Below are positions 11,001 through 18,332 of a stretch of DNA of 64,000 nt, piece after piece (position 1 is the stretch's first letter; the number at the start of each line of letters is the position of its first letter). The notes beneath the pieces were generated by a model that did not search any database, was not told the origin of the DNA, and worked only from the letters and a program-made list of their open reading frames with translations. Source of the stretch: Trypanosoma brucei (Eukaryota). The position numbers were made by a program, and so were the translations under genes. The stretch is from the NCBI GenBank assembly GCA_000002445.1, contig CP000070.1, forward strand, positions 1,792,001-1,856,000, given 5' to 3'.

Positions 11001-11059
11001 CCCACATTGCACAGAATGGCAATGAAAAGGCACACGATGATTTTCTTCGCTAGATTCAT
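8006..11059 (-). CDS. Array member 5: secreted Cys-domain protein with signal peptide MNLAKKIIVCLFIAILCNVGGVRGF, fused to ~790 aa of AGPKE[S/T/A]/AGSEGS/AGSGGN repeats; same C-terminus as member 4
   Basis: ORF starts at GTG 11065; first ATG at 11059. N-terminal domain carries NSEKLKLVDESYSAIRQIE and CGFWLSFMPLTSS. The last 28 nt of the CDS and the 3' flank are identical to member 4. Confidence 0.8.
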   Translation of the reverse strand: MNLAKKIIVCLFIAILCNVGGVRGFERRESRAAHCKKVKSVINKVNNRFSESWNVFDRAFNNTLAVKAECEGILKHKKAKDVSGATNSEKLKLVDESYSAIRQIELLIGDCERKINTLTGEIWNGCGFWLSFMPLTSSFKRTVKEKLLEARSLTIMIDKLSLGAKNHSDTAARNRCVLVGTENVLAGEEEEKAKKKQEEPKSSGATSQSPKETVTTKEAAGPKESAGSEESAGPKEAAGPKESAGSEESAGPKETAGPKESAGPKETAGPKETAGSEGNAGPKESAGSGGNAGSEGNAGPKEAAGSEGSAGPKEAAGPKESAGPKEAAGSEGSAGPKESAGSEESAGSGGNAGSEGNAGPKEAAGPKESAGPKESAEPKEGAGSEESAGPKEAAGSEGNAGPKEAAGPKESAGPKESAGPKESAGPKESAGSGGNAGSEGNAGPKESAGSGGNAGSEGNAGPKEGAGSEGSAGPKEAAGPKEAAGPKESAGPKESAGPKEAAGSEESAGPKESAGSGGNAGSEGNAGPKESAGSGGNAGSEGNAGPKEGAGSEGSAGPKEAAGPKEAAGPKESAGPKEGAGPKESAGPKESTGPKEGAGPKESAGPKEAAGPKESAGPKESAEPKETAGSEESAGPKEGAGPKESAGPKESAGPKEGAGPKESAGPKESAEPKETAGSEESAGPKETAGSEESAGPKEAAGSEESAGPKESAGPKESAGSEESAGPKESAEPKETAGSEESAGPKEAAGSEESAGPKESAGSEESAGPKEAAGPKESAGPKESAGPKESAGSEESAGPKETAGPKESAGPKEAAGPKESAGPKEGAGSEGSAGPKESAGPKESAGSEGSAGSEGNAGPKESAGPKESAGPKESAGSEGSAGPKESAGSEGSAGSEGNAGPKEGAGSEGSAGPKETAGSEGSAGPKETAGPKETAGPKESAGPKESAGSEESAGPKETAGPKESAGSEGSAGPKETAGPKESAGSEGSAGPKESAGPKETAGPKESAGSVGAEGVSVQ
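8033..10410 (-). repeat. Coding 18-nt tandem repeat array (second copy; different unit order and length from 4160-6715; includes GGN/EES variants)
   Basis: Same ggtccagca.../cttccctcagatccagca units. Spurious alternative-frame ORFs 8009..10603, 8032..10575 and 8070..10562. Confidence 0.95.
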
Positions 11060-11065
11060 TGTCAC

Positions 11066-11600
11066 ACACTTGTCTCTCCTATGTACCGCATGAAATTAAA
11101 AAAGAAAAACAGAATAATATCTTTTGGGCAAGACAATAGGGAAAGCACATGTACATCCATATGCAGGAGAAAGACAGTTTCCTCCTTCCCTCAAACAATA
11201 GACACACGCCACACTACAGTCTCACAATCACGTTGGGTATTTAAAAGCACTCACAACACTGTAAAAGGGACAAAAAGTCACTTCAAGCAAAGCATTACTT
11301 AGCATGCGATTACGTAGATATTCATATTGTTGCATGCCCTCCGTCACACGTTGGTACGTTGGAACATGCTAACATCAACCATCCGTCCGTCCACACACAC
11401 ACGCACACACCGCTATTTAAAGCAGTTTCTATACATCATTCCACTACCCAAATGTCCCATGCTTATCCGGAAGCCGGAGCACGTCGCCGATCTGTTCATA
11501 TCTTCAATAAAAAGAACAAAAAGTAAAGCATATTAATGTTATAAAGCAATAAAGGAAAACCACAGCACGCAGCTGAATAACTTGTTATCATCGAAGCAGC
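11066..11600 (-). repeat. Conserved intergenic cassette copy 5 plus the extension shared with 2420-2555
   Basis: Identity to 3438-3840 (core) and 2420-2555 (extension). Confidence 0.85.
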
Positions 11601-11708
11601 ATCTCAACCTACGTAGCCTTGAGCAAGACGAAGCAACATCTTCCATCGTCGTGTTCCCAATCAAATAAAATCCGTTGACTCCTTCTTACATTCAACTTGT
11701 CTCATGCT

Positions 11709-12515
11709 CTAATCCACCTCTGCCTGGGCCTCCTTCCCTACCGCAGGTTCAGCAACAACAGCAGGTTCCTCGTCGGCGGTTTTTTCCCCAAGACCTTCTT
11801 GGCTGCTATCGGTGTCACCTTTAGCGGTGTCAGTCGACCTCTTTTCTTCTCTCTGCTCATCCATACTTGTGGGTGATTCAGGAGATTCGGGCACGGGGCC
11901 ATCGGATGTTTCCTCGTTCTGTTTGCCGGAAGTGTCTTCACCAGCACCTGCCTCCTTCTCTCTGCGTTTATCCTCCACCGTGGAGCACTCATCATTCGCC
12001 GCATCAGCGGCATAGCTCGCCGCATCTCCACTAAGAGTTTCAATTTTCGACACCTTGCCTGTAGCTTCAGCCGTCGTCTCCTCAATGCTCCGTTTGAATG
12101 AAATGGTTACTGGCATGAAGGACAACCAAAACCCGCATCGGTCCTTTAGATACACCGTTAGTTTGTGTAAATCGCGCTCGTAGTTCCTAATCTCTGTTCC
12201 GACATACATGATCGCGTTGTAGTACTCATCTACAACTCTCTTCTTTCCGCTGTCTGCAACATCTGTTATCTCATCGTCGCTGACTTTCTTCACGTCCTCG
12301 TCGCACTTTCCCTTGACAACACTGGTTCGCTTGAGAGCAACTTCAAACGTGTGCCATGCGTTTGCATAGCGGGTATTAATGGCCCGAACTGATTTGGCCA
12401 CTGTAGTACAGTATTCTGAGCGGCTTATCCTTCCCCAATGAGAAGAGGACTTGCCTCCAATACTGCATAGCCCGGCCACGAGAATATATAGTGTTACGCC
12501 CCTTGCGAAAACCAT
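11709..12515 (-). CDS. Array member 6 (most upstream): secreted Cys-domain protein with signal peptide MVFARGVTLYILVAGLCSIGG and acidic Glu/Asp/Ser-rich tail
   Basis: ORF starts at TTG 12524; first ATG at 12515. Motifs VVDEYYNAIMYVGTE and RCGFWLSFMPVTIS. Has a different 5' flank from the other members (no cassette upstream). Confidence 0.75.
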   Translation of the reverse strand: MVFARGVTLYILVAGLCSIGGKSSSHWGRISRSEYCTTVAKSVRAINTRYANAWHTFEVALKRTSVVKGKCDEDVKKVSDDEITDVADSGKKRVVDEYYNAIMYVGTEIRNYERDLHKLTVYLKDRCGFWLSFMPVTISFKRSIEETTAEATGKVSKIETLSGDAASYAADAANDECSTVEDKRREKEAGAGEDTSGKQNEETSDGPVPESPESPTSMDEQREEKRSTDTAKGDTDSSQEGLGEKTADEEPAVVAEPAVGKEAQAEVD

Positions 12516-13098
12516 TATTTTCAATAGCGATCCTCTTTTTTCCGCCCCTCCTTTCCAGACCTAAAAAGACGACGGTGGGATGAAGAAGGGAAGCGAGACA
12601 AATGGAGGGACGCGTCCAAGCCACTAAAAGGCAATCCAGAAATGGAAACTTTAACAACACAAGTAATCAAAATAGGGGGGGGGCGTAGAAATCACCGGGT
12701 GAATAATTGATAAGGAAAAAAGAAAAACGGAAAATATACGGGTGGCCACCAGATACAATGCAGTTTGGGCACTTCATGCGCCACGCACCCTGACTCCCCT
12801 GCCACTGCGCACTAGATTTTCATCCCCGTGCCTCTGCACGGTGGATCACCACAGATCTGCAGCTGTCTAGATAGGGATACTCCTCAAACGGCGCCGTTTA
12901 GTGCATTAACAGACAAAAAAGGTAAAAAAGAGAAAAGAAAAGAAAAGTGCAGCCCCAGACAGAAATGACATAATCAAAACAAAAATATTTTCGTCGCTAC
13001 ACTCCACCGGAAGTGCCGCATGAAGAAGAAAACGGGGTGACAAGCACCGATGCAGGGGAGTCACACCTGTCACCCTACACTCAAGACTTATCCAACAT

Positions 13099-15792
13099 TT
13101 ACTTCACTTTTTGTGGACGATGCGCCACACGGGAGACTCTCGGAGACGAGACTATCCGCGGGGCACTCGGCCAAAGCGATGATGATGAAGTTCGTCCCAC
13201 CGCATGCGAGTGGGAGTCCACCGAAGTAGCTTTGGTTATGGGGCCCAGCCCAGTGTGTGATCTCGAGGTGGAAGGCATTCCTTTACTTGATTGCAATTCC
13301 CTTCTCATAACACCCGGCTCGTGGATTTCGCCCGTCGATCGCGAGAGGGTGGAGCCGCGAGGTGCTGGAGACCCGCCAGGGGAACGCAACGCTCCCACAC
13401 ATAAACCCGGGGGCTCCACAGCAGCAACCTCTGTCTCTGTAGGCTTTGCGTTGGGTGATTGCGCGGTGGTCCGGCGGTGCCGCCGTTTACCCGGACGCCC
13501 CCTAGCGGCTCCCTTTGTCCCTCCTACACCCAATGACGGGGCCGTTAGCTTTGGTGAAGTTTGTACTTCACGAAACGGCGAGCACCGCTGGGACGTTCCC
13601 CTGGCAACCTCACTGCTCCCAGTTCCAGTCCTTGCCGGAGCAGCGGTGGAAGGTGGAACCTGTCCTAAAGTATGCATCCGTGATGACGCCGAACTCACCG
13701 TCACCTGAGAATGATTCTCACCACTAGTGGAAGATCGGCTGCGATTCCGGCTCTCCCGCTTACCTTGCACTCCAGAGCTGGTAATGTCAACAATTGCCTT
13801 TACAACTCCCAATACCTCACGACAATTACTAATACAGCCCTCGAGATCGGACTTTATAGAAGGGTTTCTCAGATCATGCAACAGTAAATCTTCCGCTTTG
13901 CCAATGTATCGTAGGCACTTCGTCCGGCATTCCTGCACTTGCGCCGAAACACCAGGATCAACAAAGAAATTACGCCGTGAGGCTGCCTGAATTTCGAGGA
14001 GTTTGGGCTGTTCTTTTCGTACCAACTCCCGCACCCGCTGGCAGAGCAAGTCACAGTCAGACACAACAGAAGAAATGTCGTTCTCACCACGGGGAGAGAT
14101 GGAGGCCCTTCCAGCCGACGAAAAATTCCTCCTCCGTCTCCGGGGGGTGTACAACGTATCTTCGGGTTGCTTCTTTTTCAAAACTTCCAAAAGCGCACTA
14201 ACGTTCCAACGATCCGGAGCGCTTTGATATGAAAAAATATCCTCTGCAGCTGCCAGTGGTGCTTCGCCCAATGGGTTTTTCCTTCCGTTTAACGTCGCAC
14301 CACCTCGTGAGCTCTCCCGACCATCACGATGGCCTTCTTTGAATGAGGGCAAATCGATCTCAATAACAGTAAAGCGGTTCGTGAGAAGGGACTGAAACAA
14401 GCTACGCTCTGCGAGCAATGTAACTTTGGATCCCACACGCTGAGCCTCACTGTACAGGTTCCGGAGGGCTGACTGGGCTGGCGAATCCCCATTCTGCCAA
14501 GCCAACTCCGTGTCACGATCAAGCACAGCGTAGTAGCAGGCACCTTTGAGTGACGCAAGTTCCAAGTGAGCATCGTCTTGCTGATTATTGGTTATCCACC
14601 TCCCATCCATATCAGCGCACAGTGCAGCCACAGCAAAAACAACCTCTTCCATTTGCTGTACCTTTCCGCCACATGTTACAACAGCCGCGCGGTACCGATT
14701 TTCAACAGCACTTGTCAGGAAAAAAAAGATGCGCCCCACAAAAAGCGCACTACGTGAGCGACTCAACCTCGCCGGAGAGGAAATAGGGTACAATGGGAAC
14801 GGAGATTCATCACACTCTGGCCTCAGGTATTCTGCTTCGGAAGAACAATCATCCCCATGCAGTATTGGAACGCCAGAGCACGCTGGTAATGGCGTTGCTG
14901 CCAAAGGTGATGCTGCATTGCGCGCCAAAGTAGCGAACCACTTAGGGATGTACCCAGGTTCCACCACGGTGTAGCCACAGGCAAGTGCAGCAATACACGC
15001 GGGGTCGTCATGAGTGAGGGCAGACGTGCAGTGCAGCAGCCCAACAGGAAGCGGTACATCAAGTTCACGTGTTGGAGTAAGCCCGGGGACCACAGTTGCA
15101 CCACGGCGGTAGCACGCGCACTCGAGGTCGCACGCCTGCCTGCCACTTAAGCTACTGCGTGACACCGTTACGACGAGTGGACGGAAACGGAAGCGGAGGC
15201 GCACACGATCACCAAGTGACAACTGGCCACCGTCCATAACAAGATGCGGTTGCGTATCGGTCACTTCGGTGGCTCCCACTGCAACGCGACCACCATCAGG
15301 AAGCCTACGAACGAGCACAACGAGAGGATTTCTCTCCTTTACCACCTTTGTGTCTGTGCTTTTCTTTTCACCGTGGTCGTGGGTGAGGGCATTGTGTCCA
15401 CAACATGAAGATTGTGTTTCCCTGCCCTCACAACAGTTATTTGTGTCGTTCAGAAAACTCCCGTCGACGACGCTGTCAAGAGATCCCATATTACACGCCT
15501 TCATGATAGCGCTGTCACCTGAGGCACCGCAATCGTCACCATTAATAAGATCTGGAAAACTTCTTTCACATATTGATACATTTGCGTCATCCTTTGATTG
15601 TTTCTCAATCAACTTTTTGGCGTTGCTCCGCCTCATCACAGAAAGGGATACATGTTGGGCCGCAATGTCAGGCTGATTTAGTACAATATCGCAGAGGCTC
15701 GCGCGACCAACAACATATGGTTCTCGAACGACAATCGCGTAGTAGGGTGCACTCATGGGAGGCCTCCCACTTACAAACTCAACGGAGAACAT
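13099..15792 (-). CDS. FHA (forkhead-associated) domain protein, ~897 aa; the rest is Ser/Arg-rich with no recognised domains
   Basis: ORF starts at GTG 15819; first ATG at 15792. N-terminus ...YYAIVVREPYVVGRASLCDIVLNQPDIAAQHVSL matches the FHA signature G-R...C-D-I-L...-S-x-x-H-A. Confidence 0.7.
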   Translation of the reverse strand: MFSVEFVSGRPPMSAPYYAIVVREPYVVGRASLCDIVLNQPDIAAQHVSLSVMRRSNAKKLIEKQSKDDANVSICERSFPDLINGDDCGASGDSAIMKACNMGSLDSVVDGSFLNDTNNCCEGRETQSSCCGHNALTHDHGEKKSTDTKVVKERNPLVVLVRRLPDGGRVAVGATEVTDTQPHLVMDGGQLSLGDRVRLRFRFRPLVVTVSRSSLSGRQACDLECACYRRGATVVPGLTPTRELDVPLPVGLLHCTSALTHDDPACIAALACGYTVVEPGYIPKWFATLARNAASPLAATPLPACSGVPILHGDDCSSEAEYLRPECDESPFPLYPISSPARLSRSRSALFVGRIFFFLTSAVENRYRAAVVTCGGKVQQMEEVVFAVAALCADMDGRWITNNQQDDAHLELASLKGACYYAVLDRDTELAWQNGDSPAQSALRNLYSEAQRVGSKVTLLAERSLFQSLLTNRFTVIEIDLPSFKEGHRDGRESSRGGATLNGRKNPLGEAPLAAAEDIFSYQSAPDRWNVSALLEVLKKKQPEDTLYTPRRRRRNFSSAGRASISPRGENDISSVVSDCDLLCQRVRELVRKEQPKLLEIQAASRRNFFVDPGVSAQVQECRTKCLRYIGKAEDLLLHDLRNPSIKSDLEGCISNCREVLGVVKAIVDITSSGVQGKRESRNRSRSSTSGENHSQVTVSSASSRMHTLGQVPPSTAAPARTGTGSSEVARGTSQRCSPFREVQTSPKLTAPSLGVGGTKGAARGRPGKRRHRRTTAQSPNAKPTETEVAAVEPPGLCVGALRSPGGSPAPRGSTLSRSTGEIHEPGVMRRELQSSKGMPSTSRSHTGLGPITKATSVDSHSHAVGRTSSSSLWPSAPRIVSSPRVSRVAHRPQKVK

Positions 15793-16850
15793 TGCACAAC
15801 AAAACCAAAAACAGAGCACGCACTACTCCAAAGTGGCGTGATATATGAATATATTTTTACAGTTAGTGTCCCTGTGATTGCGTCTCGGCGCCGCTGCTAC
15901 TGTTATTATTATTTACTCCTGGTGTTGACGCCTGCTTCCCACACAAACTTCCCCGGTAGCACGACAGGAACGAGCAAACGGACCCTTCCAGCGCACTCAA
16001 CGTTATGCAGTCAGCGCCGTTTACTGGCTCGGTCTCTTTTTTTTTTTTGCCCTCCGCCGCTTTAATTCCTAGAAAATCTTTACCACGTTTGATATGTATA
16101 TTATATATATATATATATAATATATGTATGTGTGCCTGTGTACAGGTGTACGTCCCGTTCGCAATTTATTTCGTCTTTTGGTCGCCGTATATTTTTTGTT
16201 TGCTACCGTCCTTGAGTCCCTTCCCTTCTCTTCCACCTTCGGCTAGTGTTGGATTCAGATACTTTTGTCACTTTCTGTGAGGCGAAAATGCGGGGTGATG
16301 GCGCCAACACGAGAAACACAAATATAGAATAGGAAAAAAGAAAACGACGCGCAGCAACACTGAATAAATTTTAACGTAAGGGTGAGACATTAACAAAAAA
16401 GAAGGAGCGTAACGAAGGGAAAAAGAAGAGAAAAAAAAAAACATCATGCAATTCGTTAGCCGGCCTGACCCAGTACTCACCTTTGCAGACGCACCCTCGC
16501 ACGCGCGAGCATATATAAATATATATAACCTCATCATTTATTTTCTTGTTCCGCATGCACGCCGAAGCGCATACACGGAGCCCTGGAAACGGAAGGTTCT
16601 ACTCGTTTTCACGCAAAAAGGCAAGTGCGGGCCGGAAGTACAGCGTCACGAGATTGCCTGAATTTGACCTCTCTCTATTAACGGTCCGCAAGGCCGCGCC
16701 ACCACAGCAACGCTCCTCTTCCTTCCTTTATTTTTTTTCTTTTGTCCATATTGTGCTCAACCCTATTTAACACCTTATTTTCGTCTGTGATCTGCCAAGA
16801 ATATCACCATTGGCGGCGCACTGCACTTCCCCCTGTAATGCAACCGCGCC

Positions 16851-18332
16851 TTATTTCCCGCCCTCTCCATTCCTCTGTTGCAGTTGATAATTTTTCTTTA
16901 TATCCTTTATCCATTGCAACAGCTCCTTCATACGGTTGAAAAGCGGAGACTTGTACTTCCGCGTAGCATCCGCCGCCAGTTCATTTAGTTTTTGCTTCTG
17001 TAAAGGAACGTTGGCATATGCCTCAACACATTCCTTCATGGCACCCACATACGTAACGGCCACCTCGCCACCCACATCAGCCAATCGAGTTTCCATTGTC
17101 TCAATGTTCTCAATCATTCCGCGCATCTCCTCGAGCATACCATCGAATTGCTCTTTGCAAGAAACTAATGCAGCGTCCACCTCATTCACTGCTGCTGCTG
17201 CTGTTGCTGATGCCGCTGCTTCTGCCGCGTTATCACCTTGTGCCTCCATCTTGGCGCGCTTCAGCTGTAGCTTCAGCATTTGATCCAAAGACTTCTGTAG
17301 CACATCAACGTGCCGTTTGAAGTTGTCAATTACCTCCCGCAGTGCCGCCACAAGAGAATATGTTTCGCCATAGTCCACTTCCTCCTCTTGACTGCAGCCA
17401 GCGCCCTCAACAGCAGCCGCCGAAGGAACGAAATGATCACCATTTGCGTACACCGCCAAACCATCGGGGATGTAACCCCATTTCATTGCGCTGATGGGAA
17501 TTCCTGCAATATCGGCTTCACGACCTGTTGCCGTATCACCCTTCAGTGCACTTTCTACAGTGTTGGTGCGCAAAGTGGCGGGAAGCGGTTGCTCCCCACG
17601 TCTATCACGCTGTTGTGCCTGAGCAACAAAAGCCTTTTCCGACTCGCGCAGGTCGTTCGCCATTTGTATAGCGGCCACAATCTTCGGATCATCAGGTGGA
17701 AGCTCCTCATTCACCTGCGACAGTCGTGTGGGTCTGTAGTTGGTGAAACAAACGTACTGATAGGTAAGGTGTGCAATAGCTGGGCGGAAGGTTGCAATGA
17801 ATAGTGGCCCATCCAACAGTCCTTCCAACATGGTATGATTTTCCATCACAGTTGTGAAGAGTAACTTTCCTCCGTTACGCAAAAGGAGCTTGGCCGTTTG
17901 AATGTACGCTGTCCATACGTCCTCTGTGATGAAAGGCGGATCAGCTACAACGTAGTCGAAGGCACCAAAGTACTGCACGGGGACCTCCTCCGGTCGATGA
18001 AAGTCGTAGAAGACAAAACCGGTGTCGTCCTTCCACTGTTTGTCGTACTCAAAAAGACGACTGTCCCGAACTAGAGCGGACTTTGCATTACTGTCACCTT
18101 TGGAGGCCTCTTCCGTGTTACCGTCCCCACCATTCTTGTCAGCTGCAATCATTGCAAAATACAGCGATGGAGTCGAGAGGAAAGCACATGCAGTTGCATG
18201 ATGACGGACCTCACCTATGAGTGCATCAATGGTGTGGATGGAGTACCAGTATTGGTTAAACTCAGCACGCTCTACGTTGTGGTCAAACCGCACCCCGCTC
18301 TCAGTCACGAAGCATGGAGCCGCTTCCGTCAT
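16851..18332 (-). CDS. EEF1A-KMT1/N6AMT2 (EFM5)-family class I methyltransferase-like N-terminal domain fused to a ~280-aa C-terminal coiled-coil extension
   Basis: QYWYS and VVADPPF (DPPF) motifs typical of the EFM5/N6AMT2 protein-lysine methyltransferases. The ORF track extends to 18506, but the homology-supported start is ATG at 18330-18332 (MTEAAPCFVTESGVRF...). C-terminal part is heptad-like and Ala/Glu/Leu/Lys-rich. Confidence 0.7.
   Translation of the reverse strand: MTEAAPCFVTESGVRFDHNVERAEFNQYWYSIHTIDALIGEVRHHATACAFLSTPSLYFAMIAADKNGGDGNTEEASKGDSNAKSALVRDSRLFEYDKQWKDDTGFVFYDFHRPEEVPVQYFGAFDYVVADPPFITEDVWTAYIQTAKLLLRNGGKLLFTTVMENHTMLEGLLDGPLFIATFRPAIAHLTYQYVCFTNYRPTRLSQVNEELPPDDPKIVAAIQMANDLRESEKAFVAQAQQRDRRGEQPLPATLRTNTVESALKGDTATGREADIAGIPISAMKWGYIPDGLAVYANGDHFVPSAAAVEGAGCSQEEEVDYGETYSLVAALREVIDNFKRHVDVLQKSLDQMLKLQLKRAKMEAQGDNAAEAAASATAAAAVNEVDAALVSCKEQFDGMLEEMRGMIENIETMETRLADVGGEVAVTYVGAMKECVEAYANVPLQKQKLNELAADATRKYKSPLFNRMKELLQWIKDIKKNYQLQQRNGEGGK

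Noticed and set aside
13013-15676. Plus-strand ORFs (e.g. 13013..13708, 14588..14974, 15269..15676) overlapping the FHA gene, and similar antisense ORFs inside other long minus-strand genes
   Set aside because: They are antisense to long, domain-supported ORFs in a unidirectional cluster. Their composition follows the sense gene.
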